The notes under the pieces: model-generated
What the model was told of the DNA's origin: nothing
What the model saw: only the letters and a program-made list of their open reading frames with translations
Databases searched by the model: none
DNA from: Vicinamibacterales bacterium
GTDB taxonomy: Bacteria; Acidobacteriota; Vicinamibacteria; Vicinamibacterales; 2-12-FULL-66-21
NCBI GenBank assembly: GCA_036401215.1
Contig: DASWVN010000240.1
Coordinates: forward strand, 4,036 to 68,035
DNA length: 64,000 bases
Direction of reading: 5' to 3'
Shown here: positions 18,507 through 28,473 of the stretch, piece after piece
How positions within the stretch are numbered: position 1 is the first letter of the stretch
Layout: every line of letters begins with the position of its first letter
Translations under genes and position numbers: made by a program

Positions 18507-20399
18507 ATGACCTCGGCCGCTGCGCACCGCCGGTTGCCCTGCGGGGTGGAGGTCCAGACGGACCGCGGCGTCCACGTGCGTGTGTGGGCTCCGTCCTGCC
18601 GGCGTGTCGAGGTGGTGCGCGACGATCGCTCGCAAGCATGGGCGCTCACTCCGGAAGACGGAGGGTATCACTCGGGACTGGTGCCGCTGTCGCGTGGCGA
18701 CCGCTATTGGTTCGATCTCGGGAAAGGCCGGCTCCGGCCGGATCCCTGCTCGCGCTGGCAGCCCGATGGGCCACACGGTCCATCCGCGGTCGTCGATCCA
18801 TCCGCATTCCGGTGGACGGATGCAGGCTGGACTGGCGTGGATCGCACGGGACAGGTGGTGTACGAGATGCACGTCGGCACCTTCACGCCGACGGGCACCT
18901 GGCGCGCCGCGATGGAGGAATTGCCTGCGCTGGCGGACCTCGGCATCACGATCGTCGAGATGATGCCGGTGAACGACTTTCCCGGGGAATTCGGCTGGGG
19001 GTATGACGGCGTCTGCCTGTACGCTCCGGCCCACCAGTACGGCACGCCCGACGATCTGCGCGCGTTCGTGGATCGTGCCCACGGTCTCGGTCTCGGCGTG
19101 ATCCTCGACGTCGTCTACAACCATCTCGGGCCAGACGGCAACTACCTCGAGGAGTACTCGTCCGACTACTTCACCGAGAAGTACGACAACGACTGGGGGG
19201 AGGCGATCAACTTCGAAGGGCCGCGTGCGGCCCGCGAGTTCTTCGTGGCCAACGCGGGCTACTGGATCGACGAGTTCCATTTCGATGGCTTGCGGATCGA
19301 TGCGACGCAGGACATCCACGACGCCTCTCCCGTCCACGTGCTCCGTGACATCACGCAGTGCGCCCGTGCGGCCGCGCCACGGCGGCGGCTGTATATCGTT
19401 GGCGAGAACGAACCGCAGGAAACGCGCCTCGTGCGTCCGCCTTCGCGCGGAGGATACGGCCTGGACGCCCTCTGGAACGACGACTTCCACCACTCGACCG
19501 TCGTCGCGCTCACCGGGCGGCGCGAGGCCTATTACCTGGATTATCGGGGCCGGGCGCAGGAGCTTGCCGCCTGCGTGAAGTACGGGTTCCTCTATCAGGG
19601 GCAGTACTACGCGTGGCAGAAGAAAGCGCGGGGGACGCCAACCTTCGATCTGGATCCCGCGAGCTTCGTGGCTTATCTCGAGAACCACGACCAGGTTGCG
19701 AACTCGCCGTTCGGCAAGCGTCTGCACCAGGTGTGCTCGCCGCGCGAGCTGCGGGCGATGACCGCATTCCTGCTCCTGGGCCCGGCGACGCCGATGCTCT
19801 TTCAGGGGCAGGAGTTCAATGCGTCCGCGCCATTCCTCTATTTCGCCGACCACAAACCCGAACTGCGCGAGTCGATCGAGACGGGACGTCGAGAGTTCCT
19901 GACGCAGTTTGCGAGCGTGCAGGATCCCGACGTCATGTCGCTGCTCCCCAGCCCGGTCGAGCGCTCGACGTTCGAAGAGTCCCGGCTGGATCCCCGGGAG
20001 CGCGAAACGCACGCGGAGGCGGTCGCGCTGCACCGGGACCTGATCGCGCTGCGGCGCGAGGATCCCGTCATCGCCAATGCGAGCCGCCGCCTCGACGCCG
20101 TCGCGCTCAACTCGGATCTGCTGGTCCTGCGGTACTTCGGAGAGGCGGCAGGAGATCGGTTGCTGCTGGTGAATCTCGGCGGCGACGTGGAACTGGCTCC
20201 CATCCCGGAGCCGCTCCTCGCCCCTCCCGCGGGACGCACCTGGAGCGTGATCTGGAACAGCGAGGCGGCCGGGTACGGCGGGCAGGGCGTGCCGCCGTTG
20301 CGCCCCGATCGCGAATGGCACGTACCGGGGGAGTGCGCGCTGCTGCTGGCAGACGAAGCGCTCGACGCCTCACCGCCCACGGAAAGTACGGACGATTGA
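18507..20399 (+). CDS. treZ: malto-oligosyltrehalose trehalohydrolase (GH13)
   Basis: 630 aa; VYEMHVGTFT, GVILDVVYNH, FDGLRIDA, GENEP, NHD motifs of the GH13 TreZ type. Confidence 0.88.
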   Translation: MTSAAAHRRLPCGVEVQTDRGVHVRVWAPSCRRVEVVRDDRSQAWALTPEDGGYHSGLVPLSRGDRYWFDLGKGRLRPDPCSRWQPDGPHGPSAVVDPSAFRWTDAGWTGVDRTGQVVYEMHVGTFTPTGTWRAAMEELPALADLGITIVEMMPVNDFPGEFGWGYDGVCLYAPAHQYGTPDDLRAFVDRAHGLGLGVILDVVYNHLGPDGNYLEEYSSDYFTEKYDNDWGEAINFEGPRAAREFFVANAGYWIDEFHFDGLRIDATQDIHDASPVHVLRDITQCARAAAPRRRLYIVGENEPQETRLVRPPSRGGYGLDALWNDDFHHSTVVALTGRREAYYLDYRGRAQELAACVKYGFLYQGQYYAWQKKARGTPTFDLDPASFVAYLENHDQVANSPFGKRLHQVCSPRELRAMTAFLLLGPATPMLFQGQEFNASAPFLYFADHKPELRESIETGRREFLTQFASVQDPDVMSLLPSPVERSTFEESRLDPRERETHAEAVALHRDLIALRREDPVIANASRRLDAVALNSDLLVLRYFGEAAGDRLLLVNLGGDVELAPIPEPLLAPPAGRTWSVIWNSEAAGYGGQGVPPLRPDREWHVPGECALLLADEALDASPPTESTDD

Positions 20400-22453
20400 T
20401 GACCCAGACGAAGGATCTCACGCGCACGCTGGCGAGCCCGCGGGATGCCGCGGCAGAAGAGCCGATGCTGCCTCGCCGCGAATGGCTGGTGACGAACGGA
20501 CTTGGCGGGTACGCCGCGGGGACCGTCGCCGGTGTCGTGACGCGCCGCTACCACGGCCTGCTGGTCGCGGCGCTCCCGGCGCCGCTCGGCCGGGTCGTGA
20601 TGCTGAACCACCTGCTCGAGCGGGTGCGCATCCGCGGCGGCGATCCGCTCTGGCTCGGCGATGAAGATGAAGTCGCCGGTCCGAACGCGGCGGACCGGAC
20701 CGGCCACCTTGCCGAGTTCCTGCTCGAACTCGGCTTGCCGGTGTGGCACTACCGGCTGGGCGGCGTCGAGATCGAGAAGCGTGTGCTGATGCCGCACGGG
20801 CAGAACACGGTGCACGTGAGCTATCGCCTTCTGTCCGGCGAAGGGCCAGTGCGTCTGACGCTGCGGCCGTCCGTCCACTTCCGGCCCTACGAGGCGCCGG
20901 TCGACGCCTCGTCATCACTGCAGTACGTCGTGTCTGCCTCGATCGACGGGTACGAACTCAAGTCGGATGGCGAGTTCCCGCCGCTCCGGATGAACATCCA
21001 CGGACCGGGGGCGGCATTGACGCTCGATGCCCGCGGACGCGCGGACGTGCCGTATCAGATGGAGGCGAACCGCGGCTACGAGTCGGTCGGCGCGCTCTGG
21101 AGTCCGGGGTACTTCCGGGCGGATCTCGAACGGGACCAACCCGTCACGCTCGTGGCCTCGACGGAATCGTGGGAGCAGATCCAGGCGATCCCGCCGCACG
21201 AGGCGGTCCTGGCCGAGGCCGAGCGCAAGCGGACGCTCCTGGAGATCGCGGGCCGGGCGGCGCGCAGCGATCTCGGCTCCGAGCTGGTGCTCGCCGCCGA
21301 TCAGTTCATCATCACGCCGGCAGGACGCGTCGAGGAAGCCGCTCGCGCGCTGGCGGCCGGCGACGAGGTGCGCACCATCATCGCCGGGTACCACTGGTTC
21401 ACCGACTGGGGCCGCGACACGATGATCAGCCTCGAAGGGCTCACCGTGTGCACCGGACGGCTGCGTGAAGCCGACTACATCCTGCGAACCTTCGCCCACT
21501 ACGTCCGGGACGGGCTGATCCCGAACATGTTCCCCGATGGCGCGCGCGAGGGGCTCTACCACACCGCGGACGCGACGCTCTGGTACTTTCATGCGCTCGA
21601 GCGCTTCGTCCGCGCGAGACCCGAAACCGGCACGCTGCGCCGTCTGCTGCCGACCATGCTCGAGATCGCCCGTCGTCACATCCACGGCACCCGCTTCGGC
21701 ATCGGGGTGGATCCCGAGGACGGCCTGCTGCGGCAGGGGGCCGAAGGCTACCAGCTCACGTGGATGGATGCGAAGGTCGACGACTGGGTGGTCACGCCGA
21801 GGCGTGGCAAGGCCGTCGAGATCAACGCGCTCTGGTACAACGCCCTGTGCCTGCTCGACGGATGGCTGCAGCAGGAGGGCATGAGCGACGAGGGGCTCGG
21901 GATCGCGGATCACGCGCGCCGCGCGCGCGAGTCGTTCAATCGCCGGTTCTGGTTCAGCGAAGGGGGGTACCTGTACGACGTAGTGGACGGTGAGAGCGGC
22001 GATGACTCCGCCTGCCGTCCCAATCAGATTCTGGCCCTCTCGCTCGAGCATCCGGTGCTCGAACGCCAGTGGTGGGAACCGGTGGTGCGCACGGTGCACG
22101 ATCGCCTCCTCACCCCCGTGGGGCTGCGCTCGCTCGCGCCCGACCATCCCGACTACAAGCCGAAGTACTACGGCGACTTGCGCGCGCGTGACGCCGCCTA
22201 CCACCAGGGCACGGTCTGGGCGTGGTTGATCGGTCCTTTCATCGACGCCTGGTTGCGCGTATATCCGGAGGACCTGCAGGGCGCCCGGCGGATGCTCGAC
22301 GGGTTCGAACACCACCTCAACGAGGCGTGTGTCGGATCCATCAGCGAGATCTTCGACGCCGAAGAGCCCTACGTGCCGCGCGGTTGCGTCGCCCAGGCGT
22401 GGAGCGTCGCCGAGGTCCTGCGCTGTCTTTCGCGCATCGACCGCCAGTCGTGA
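20399..22453 (+). CDS. glycogen debranching enzyme, amylo-alpha-1,6-glucosidase (GDE_C) family
   Basis: ATG at 20399 overlaps the treZ stop; MTQTKDLTRTL...; motifs ...IIAGYHWFTDWGRDTMISLEGL... and ...YHQGTVWAWLIGPF. The upstream part of the 1031 aa track ORF is out-of-frame overlap with treZ. Confidence 0.85.
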   Translation: MTQTKDLTRTLASPRDAAAEEPMLPRREWLVTNGLGGYAAGTVAGVVTRRYHGLLVAALPAPLGRVVMLNHLLERVRIRGGDPLWLGDEDEVAGPNAADRTGHLAEFLLELGLPVWHYRLGGVEIEKRVLMPHGQNTVHVSYRLLSGEGPVRLTLRPSVHFRPYEAPVDASSSLQYVVSASIDGYELKSDGEFPPLRMNIHGPGAALTLDARGRADVPYQMEANRGYESVGALWSPGYFRADLERDQPVTLVASTESWEQIQAIPPHEAVLAEAERKRTLLEIAGRAARSDLGSELVLAADQFIITPAGRVEEAARALAAGDEVRTIIAGYHWFTDWGRDTMISLEGLTVCTGRLREADYILRTFAHYVRDGLIPNMFPDGAREGLYHTADATLWYFHALERFVRARPETGTLRRLLPTMLEIARRHIHGTRFGIGVDPEDGLLRQGAEGYQLTWMDAKVDDWVVTPRRGKAVEINALWYNALCLLDGWLQQEGMSDEGLGIADHARRARESFNRRFWFSEGGYLYDVVDGESGDDSACRPNQILALSLEHPVLERQWWEPVVRTVHDRLLTPVGLRSLAPDHPDYKPKYYGDLRARDAAYHQGTVWAWLIGPFIDAWLRVYPEDLQGARRMLDGFEHHLNEACVGSISEIFDAEEPYVPRGCVAQAWSVAEVLRCLSRIDRQS

Positions 22454-22497
22454 GGTTTCGGTCCGCGCCAGCCCGCCGACTCGTGTCATCATCCATC

Positions 22498-23574
22498 GTG
22501 CATTCGCGCCTCGAGCACTACGGCTGGAACGACCGCTTCGCGGCGGCGTTCGCCGAGTACGCCGCCCCCAATCGGGTCCCTGCGCGCGTGACCCTCGAGC
22601 ACACGCACATCTACCGGGTCGTGACCGAGGAGGGGGAACTGCTGGCCCGCGTGTCGGGACGCCTGCGGCATCGGGCCGAAGCCCGCGCGGATTTTCCTGC
22701 CGTCGGTGACTGGGTCGTGCTCGAACCCGTCGCCCACAGCGACGCCCGGATCCACGCCGTGCTGCCGCGCGTCAGCCGATTCTCACGTCGCGCCGCCGGA
22801 GACGTCACCGAAGAGCAGGTCGTGGCGGCGAACATCGACACCGTCTTCCTCGTGGGTGGTCTCGATCGCGACTTCAATCCACGGCGGCTCGAGCGATACC
22901 TCGTGGTCGGGTGGGAGAGCGGCGCGACGCCGGTGATCGTGCTGAATAAGGCGGACCTCGTCGAGGATCCGCAGCCATTCGTCGCGGAGGTCCAGGCGAT
23001 CGCTCCGGGCGTGGACGTGTTCGCCGTCTCCACGCGGCAGGCGCCGTCGCTCGACGTCCTCCGGCGGTTCCTCGGCGCCGGCCGCACCGCGGCGCTCCTC
23101 GGGTCGTCAGGCGTGGGCAAGTCCTCGATCGTCAATTGTCTCGTCGGCTACGACCTGCTGCGCACGCAGGACGTCCGCGTGACCGACCAGCGCGGACGCC
23201 ACACCAGCACGTCGCGGCAGATGGTGGTGCTCGAGGACGGAGGGATCCTCATCGACACACCCGGGATGCGCGAACTGCAACTCTGGGAGACGGGGGAGAC
23301 GTCCCTCGACGCCTTCGCCGACATCCACGAACTCGCCGGGTCGTGCCGGTTCCGGGACTGCCGTCACCTCCAGGAGCCGGGGTGCGCCGTCCGTGCGGCG
23401 GTGGTTTCCGGGGAGCTGTCCCAGGCGCGGTATGACAGCTTCCAGAAGCTCGCCTCCGAGCGCGAGCACCAGGAGCGGCAGATGGACGTCCGGGCGATGC
23501 TCGAGCAGAAACGCCAGGCGAAGGTGATGGGCAAGGCGCTCCACAAGCGGCTCAAGGACAAAGGCGTGAAGTAG
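22498..23574 (+). CDS. rsgA: ribosome small-subunit-dependent GTPase A
   Basis: In-frame GTG at 22498 (VHSRLEHYGWNDRF); NKADL, GSSGVGKSS, C-terminal Zn knuckle CRFRDCRHLQEPGC. Confidence 0.9.
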   Translation: MHSRLEHYGWNDRFAAAFAEYAAPNRVPARVTLEHTHIYRVVTEEGELLARVSGRLRHRAEARADFPAVGDWVVLEPVAHSDARIHAVLPRVSRFSRRAAGDVTEEQVVAANIDTVFLVGGLDRDFNPRRLERYLVVGWESGATPVIVLNKADLVEDPQPFVAEVQAIAPGVDVFAVSTRQAPSLDVLRRFLGAGRTAALLGSSGVGKSSIVNCLVGYDLLRTQDVRVTDQRGRHTSTSRQMVVLEDGGILIDTPGMRELQLWETGETSLDAFADIHELAGSCRFRDCRHLQEPGCAVRAAVVSGELSQARYDSFQKLASEREHQERQMDVRAMLEQKRQAKVMGKALHKRLKDKGVK

Positions 23575-23601
23575 CGCCGGCCGAAGAGACCACCGGCAAA
23601 C

Positions 23602-23663
23602 GGGGACACTCACCGTGTTCAGCAGGATCAACAACTTAGCGAAAAGGTGACTGTCCCCTTTTT
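23602..23663 (+). terminator. candidate intrinsic terminator after rsgA
   Basis: ggggacactcacc ... ggtgactgtcccc (13 nt arms, 1 mismatch, long loop) followed by ttttt. Confidence 0.45.
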
Positions 23664-23680
23664 GTTGATAGCCTTGTGGG

Positions 23681-24502
23681 ATGCAGATTGCGCTGGTCCA
23701 GCAGCATGCGTCGGCCGACAAGGCCGGGAACGTTTCGCGGGGGATCGCGGCGCTCGAGCGCGCCGCGCGCGAGGGGGCGTCGGTGGTCGCGTACGCGGAA
23801 CTGGCCTTCGAACGCTTTCATCCGCAGCGTCCCGCGAGCGGTGATCCGCTCACCCTGGCGGAACCGATTCCCGGTCCGACGACCGACCAGTTCGCCCGCA
23901 AGGCGCGCGAGCTTGGCGTCGTCGTGGTCCTGAATCTGTACGAGCGCGATGGGGATCGCGCCTACGACTCGTCCCCGGTCATCGATGCGGATGGCTCGTT
24001 GCTCGGCGTGACCCGGATGATTCACATCACGGATTACCCGTGCTTCCACGAACAGGGCTATTACACACCGGGCGACAAAGGGGCGCCGGTCTATCGCACG
24101 CGCGCCGGCAATATCGGCGTCGCGATCTGCTATGACCGGCACTATCCGGAGTACATGAGGGCGCTGGCGCTCGGCGGGGCCGATCTCGTGATCGTGCCGC
24201 AGGCGGGCGCGGTCGGGGAGTGGCCCGACGGGCTCTACGAAGCGGAGATGCAGGTGGCGGCGTTCCAGAACGGGTACTTCGTTGCTCTGTGCAACCGGGT
24301 CGGCGAGGAGGATTGTCTGACCTTCTCGGGCGAGTCGTTCGTGTGCGCGCCCGACGGACGGGTGATTGCCCGGGCCGACACGCTCCGCGACCAGGTCCTG
24401 ACCGCCTCGCTCGATCTCGAACAGACGTCGCGCTCGCACGCGCGGCGCCTGTTTCTGCAACATCGCCGGCCGGCCCTGTACGCGGACTGGGTCGCCCGCT
24501 GA
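23681..24502 (+). CDS. carbon-nitrogen hydrolase (nitrilase superfamily)
   Basis: 273 aa; E-K-C triad context ...AYAELAFERF..., ...GVAICYD... Confidence 0.9.
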   Translation: MQIALVQQHASADKAGNVSRGIAALERAAREGASVVAYAELAFERFHPQRPASGDPLTLAEPIPGPTTDQFARKARELGVVVVLNLYERDGDRAYDSSPVIDADGSLLGVTRMIHITDYPCFHEQGYYTPGDKGAPVYRTRAGNIGVAICYDRHYPEYMRALALGGADLVIVPQAGAVGEWPDGLYEAEMQVAAFQNGYFVALCNRVGEEDCLTFSGESFVCAPDGRVIARADTLRDQVLTASLDLEQTSRSHARRLFLQHRRPALYADWVAR

Positions 24503-24519
24503 ACCCCCACAAGGATGTC

Positions 24520-24975
24520 ATGGTGAACGAACAGGTGAGCGCACGGGAGGAGACCGTGCGGGAGCGGCTGGTTGGAAGCTGGACGTTGCTGTCCTACACG
24601 ACCGAGGCGCCGGACGGCTCGACCGGCAAGCCCTACGGCGAGGCCGTGGGGCGGCTCAATTACGATGATCTGGGACACATGGCCGGACAGGTGATGCGCC
24701 CGAATCGACTCGCCGTGGCGCCGGGGCAGTGGGGCACGCAGGAAGTGCGGTCCGCGTATGCCGGTTACATCGCGTACTTCGGGACCTACGAAGTGAACGA
24801 GGCCGGTGATACGGTGGTGCATCACGTGGAAGGCGCCCTGAATCCCGGGTGGGTCGGCGGCCGGCAGGTGCGCCGCCTGCGGTTCGAGGGTGATCTGCTC
24901 GTGCTGTCGACCGACGTTCCCAAGGCGGGCGCCATGGTCCGCCATACGCTGACGTGGAAAAAACTCGAACGCTGA
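24520..24975 (+). CDS. lipocalin-like domain protein
   Basis: 151 aa from the in-frame ATG at 24520; LVGSWTLLSY...GRLNYDDLGHM...AYFGTYEVNEAGDTVVHHVEG is typical of this family. Confidence 0.75.
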   Translation: MVNEQVSAREETVRERLVGSWTLLSYTTEAPDGSTGKPYGEAVGRLNYDDLGHMAGQVMRPNRLAVAPGQWGTQEVRSAYAGYIAYFGTYEVNEAGDTVVHHVEGALNPGWVGGRQVRRLRFEGDLLVLSTDVPKAGAMVRHTLTWKKLER

Positions 24976-25406
24976 TCGTTGCCGCCGCGCTGCTGACGCT
25001 TGCCGCGTGCGGACGCGCGGTGGAAACCGCGAACTTCGCGAGCTTCGCCGAAGCCCGCCAGTCGGGCGCCGTCGAGCAGGGATGGGTGCCGGCCATCATC
25101 CCGGAAGGCGCGTACGAACTCCGGGCGGCGTACGACCGCCGCGGCACCCAGCGCTGGGGCCTCTTCAACTTCAGACCGGCCGACGCCGACGCCTTGCGCG
25201 CGGTCCTCGAGCCGGAGGAGATCTCCCTGGACGGCACGGTCATCGACATCCCGCCGCGCATCGAGTGGTGGCCGGTCCAGCTGCGCGCGACGCTCGACGG
25301 CGAACGCATTCAGCTCACCGGGCTCCGGGCCTATCACGTCCGCTCCGAGCCGCTGGTCATCGCCATCAATTGGAATCAAGGACGCGCGTATTACTGGACG
25401 CGCTGA
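24954..25406 (+). CDS. hypothetical lipoprotein
   Basis: 150 aa; GTG start; lipobox LTLAAC; its stop codon sits in the loop of the 25391-25420 hairpin. Confidence 0.6.
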   Translation: MEKTRTLIVAAALLTLAACGRAVETANFASFAEARQSGAVEQGWVPAIIPEGAYELRAAYDRRGTQRWGLFNFRPADADALRAVLEPEEISLDGTVIDIPPRIEWWPVQLRATLDGERIQLTGLRAYHVRSEPLVIAINWNQGRAYYWTR

Positions 25407-25420
25407 CGCGCGTCCAGTAA
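25391..25420 (+). terminator. 13 bp perfect stem hairpin enclosing a stop codon
   Basis: ttactggacgcgc-tgac-gcgcgtccagtaa. Confidence 0.5.
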
Positions 25421-25429
25421 CACGCGCGC

Positions 25430-25548
25430 GGTGCTGGGTGCTTGGTGCTGGTGCTGGGTGCCCGGGGGGGCTGGTGCTGGTGCGGTGCTGGTGCGCGTGC
25501 TGGGGTGCTGGTGCGGTGCTGGTGCTGGTGCTGGTGCTGCGTGCTCGG
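25430..25548. repeat. simple-sequence arm A (GGTGCTG/GGTGCG units), inverted partner of 25959-26070
   Basis: Read directly. The reverse complement shares a long run with arm B, including cccccgggcacccagcacc. Confidence 0.9.
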
Positions 25549-25633
25549 CGTAAGGCTGTTGCGGTCTGAAATCCTTGTGGCCGTCGTGGGTGCGCTGGTA
25601 TGATTGGGGTTCTGCCGAACGTCGTGAGACCGT

Positions 25634-25709
<76 letters not shown>

Positions 25710-25737
25710 TTCATCCATCGCCCCCTCATCCGGTCCC

Positions 25738-25932
25738 TTAGAAAGTCACGAGCGCCATCAGGGCTGCCATAAGCAGCACTGCAGTGACGCCGAAGCGGAT
25801 GATCGACCTTCGATAGCCTGCCGGGTCCAATCGTCGGAACTCTTCGTGTATTTGCAACGCCTGAAACGGTCCCGCACCGGCCATCTGAAATCGCGTTTCC
25901 GGCGGCCGGGACTGATTCACCGTTTGAAGCAT
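25738..25932 (-). CDS. possible small tail-anchored membrane protein
   Basis: 64 aa from the internal ATG: MLQTVNQSRPPETRF...IIRFGVTAVLLMAALMALVTF. No homology recognised. Confidence 0.3.
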   Translation of the reverse strand: MLQTVNQSRPPETRFQMAGAGPFQALQIHEEFRRLDPAGYRRSIIRFGVTAVLLMAALMALVTF

Positions 25933-25958
25933 CCGTTCCGCCCAGCGATACTGCGCCT

Positions 25959-26070
25959 CCCAGCACCCGCACCAGCACCCGCACCCGCACCAGCACCACG
26001 CACCGCACCAGCACCGCACCGGCACCCAGCACCCCCGGGCACCCAGCACCTAGCACCCAGCACCTAGCAC
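25959..26070. repeat. simple-sequence arm B (GCACCAG/GCACCC units), inverted partner of 25430-25548
   Basis: Read directly. Confidence 0.9.
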
Positions 26071-26099
26071 CGGTCCGTCGGTGGTACCATCACAGCCGC

Positions 26100-26495
26100 A
26101 TGCGCCAGCGAATCGTCGTCGCCACGCTCCTCGCCACGATTTTGATGTCCTCGGCCTGCGCCTCGGATCTGCGCGTGACCACGATTCAGCTCGGACGCTC
26201 GATCAACACCGACAACACCGTCGCGAACCATACGACGACGTTCGGACCGAACGATACGGTCTACGTTTCGGTCCAGATGGCGGGGAGCGGGTCAGGAACG
26301 GTCGGCGTTCGCTGGACCTACATGGGACGGGTCGTGGGGGAACCCAGGAAGCAGGTCTCGTTCCGCGGCGGCGGCGCGACGGAGTTCCATCTGCAGAACG
26401 CCGGCGGATTCCCTCCGGGCGAATACACGGTCGAAGTCCTGATGAACGATCAGCCGGCCGGGACGCGGAACTTTCGCGTCGAAACCGATCGCTGA
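26100..26495 (+). CDS. hypothetical lipoprotein
   Basis: 131 aa; signal plus lipobox LMSSAC. Confidence 0.65.
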   Translation: MRQRIVVATLLATILMSSACASDLRVTTIQLGRSINTDNTVANHTTTFGPNDTVYVSVQMAGSGSGTVGVRWTYMGRVVGEPRKQVSFRGGGATEFHLQNAGGFPPGEYTVEVLMNDQPAGTRNFRVETDR

Positions 26496-26559
26496 AGCGG
26501 GCCCCTCTCAACCACTAAAAAGCCCTTGTACTTTCGCGCGCGGATTGCTAGATTACGCT

Positions 26560-26652
26560 GCGCGCAGAAACTCCGAACTATGAACGCCGAACTATGAACT
26601 ATGAACGCGAGTTCTTAGTTCGGCGTTCATAGTTCAGAGTTTCACCGCGCGC
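26560..26652. repeat. heptamer-built palindrome (GAACTAT/GAACGCC units)
   Basis: gaaactccgaactatgaacgccgaactatgaactatgaacgc ... gttcttagttcggcgttcatagttcagagtttc. Confidence 0.9.
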
Positions 26653-26710
26653 TCTACGAACTTTTCACTTGTACTTTGTCGTGCGCTCTGGTACGTTGCT
26701 CACGCACTCG

Positions 26711-27058
26711 ATGCCGACTCCATTCGACTCGCCGGTCGTCAACCCGCTTCCTCGCGCGAGGAACCGCCGGAACGTCTGGATCCGCCGGATCCTGATCTTC
26801 GCGATCGTCGTGGTGTTCGTCGACGCAGTGGTGGGGAAGAACGGGTTGGCGCAAAGCTTCCGCGCGACGCACGAGTACGAGCAGGCGCTGGCGGAACTCG
26901 AGGCGCTCCGCGCGCAGAATGCAGCCCTGACCGTGCGGGCGCGCCAGTTGGATCACGACGCCGGCGCGATCGAAGACCTTGCCCGCGAGGAACTCGGGTT
27001 TCTGCGGCGCGGAGAAATCGTCTTCGTCGTGAAATCCACCGGACCGGCCGATCGCTGA
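26711..27058 (+). CDS. ftsB: septum formation initiator (FtsB/DivIC family)
   Basis: Single TM plus coiled coil, then C-terminal IEDLAREELGFLRRGEIVF motif. Start is 26711 or 26669. Confidence 0.8.
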   Translation: MPTPFDSPVVNPLPRARNRRNVWIRRILIFAIVVVFVDAVVGKNGLAQSFRATHEYEQALAELEALRAQNAALTVRARQLDHDAGAIEDLAREELGFLRRGEIVFVVKSTGPADR

Positions 27059-27089
27059 TCGGCCGGCCGGCGGATGGATCGGCCGCTGA

Positions 27090-28124
27090 CTAAACCGCCG
27101 CGGTCTCTTCCTTCAGCATCCCGAGTTCGACGCGCACCTTCTGCTCGATCTGCTTGAACATCTCGGGGTTGTCGCGGAGGAACTGCTTCACGTTCTCACG
27201 CCCCTGGCCGAGGCGTTCGCCGCTGTACGAGAACCAGGTGCCGCTCTTGTCGACGATGCGCCGGTCGACCGCCAGATCGAGCAGGTCCCCTTCCCTGGAG
27301 ATCCCTTCGCCGTACATCACGTCGAACTCGGCCTCGCGGAACGGGGGAGCGACCTTGTTCTTGACGACCTTCACGCGCGTGCGGCCGCCCACGACCGAGT
27401 CGCCGTCTTTGATGGCGCCGATCCGGCGGATGTCGATGCGCACCGAGGAGTAGAACTTCAACGCGCGGCCGCCCGTCGTCGTTTCGGGGTTGCCGAACAT
27501 GACGCCGATCTTCTCGCGAAGCTGGTTGATGAAGATCAGGCAGGTCTTCGACTTCGACACCACGCCGGTGAGCTTGCGCAGCGCCTGCGACATGAGGCGG
27601 GCCTGGAGACCCATCTGCGCTTCGCCCATTTCCCCTTCGATCTCGGCGCGGGGCACCAGCGCCGCAACCGAGTCGACGACGACGACGTCGACGCTGTTCG
27701 AGCGGACGAGCACCTCGACGATCTCGAGGGCCTGCTCGCCGTTGTCGGGCTGTGAGACCAGGAGGTTCTCGAGATCGACCCCGAGCTTTTTGGCGTATTG
27801 CGCGTCGAGCGCGTGCTCCGCGTCGACGAATGCCGCCATCCCGCCGGCTTTCTGGGCCTCGGCGATGATCTGCAGGGTGAGCGTCGTCTTGCCCGACGAC
27901 TCGGGCCCGAAGATCTCGATGACGCGGCCGCGCGGCACGCCGCCGATCCCGAGCGCGTAGTCGAGGCTCACCGCGCCAGTGGAGATGGCCGGGATGGCGT
28001 TGACGGCATCCTTGCCGCCGAGCCGCATGATCGACCCCTTGCCAAACTGCTTCTCGATTTGCCCGACGGCGGCTTCGATGGCCTTCAGGCGTTCACGGTC
28101 GTTGCGATCTTCAACTGGCGGCAT
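27090..28124 (-). CDS. recA: recombinase RecA
   Basis: [22 protein letters not shown], Walker [10 protein letters not shown]. The ATG at 28124 is preceded by AAGGAG 4 nt upstream, so it is preferred over the track start at 28184. Confidence 0.97.
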   Translation of the reverse strand: MPPVEDRNDRERLKAIEAAVGQIEKQFGKGSIMRLGGKDAVNAIPAISTGAVSLDYALGIGGVPRGRVIEIFGPESSGKTTLTLQIIAEAQKAGGMAAFVDAEHALDAQYAKKLGVDLENLLVSQPDNGEQALEIVEVLVRSNSVDVVVVDSVAALVPRAEIEGEMGEAQMGLQARLMSQALRKLTGVVSKSKTCLIFINQLREKIGVMFGNPETTTGGRALKFYSSVRIDIRRIGAIKDGDSVVGGRTRVKVVKNKVAPPFREAEFDVMYGEGISREGDLLDLAVDRRIVDKSGTWFSYSGERLGQGRENVKQFLRDNPEMFKQIEQKVRVELGMLKEETAAV

Positions 28125-28473
28125 AACGCTCCTTGTCAGTGCTCCAAGACGGTTTCTGGGTTCGGCGGCTCTCATGACGTCCACTATCCCCGGAGGATGT
28201 GACAGGGGAGGTCATTTCATGCCCGGCTCCCGGCGGAAGCTCGGCGCGCGGCGCCGCCGTGGTGAATGGAGCGGGAGCATGATAGGTTCGTGCCGCGGCG
28301 AAAGTCAAGCGCAATAATGTAAACGCTCTGGCGCTATCTCGCTGTGAATCATGGCGTTATGGCAAAAGCGCGACTTTCGCCTCGCGACCCGTTGGGTGGC
28401 AGTTTCGGCAGCGCGGTCGGCCCGGACAGGTGGCCAAAAGCGCTGCGCCTCAGCAGTGTGGCATCATCGGCGG

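Noticed and set aside
19358-20398. N-terminal 347 aa of the 1031 aa plus-strand ORF
   Set aside because: This part is an out-of-frame overlap with treZ and has junk composition. The real debranching-enzyme gene starts at ATG 20399, overlapping the treZ stop.
25933-26049. Cys/Trp-rich N-terminal extension (CWCGAWCWCGCGCWCGCW) of the 103 aa ORF, as a possible metal-binding or RiPP-like peptide
   Set aside because: It is the direct translation of simple-sequence arm B. The periodic C/W pattern follows the DNA repeat, and only the non-repeat C-terminal 64 aa is kept as a low-confidence ORF.
28125-28473. LexA/SOS box upstream of recA
   Set aside because: I looked for GTTC-N7-GTTC, CTGT-N8-ACAG and GAAC-N4-GTTC. 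Only isolated half-sites are present (e.g. gttc at about 28287), with no partner at the right spacing.
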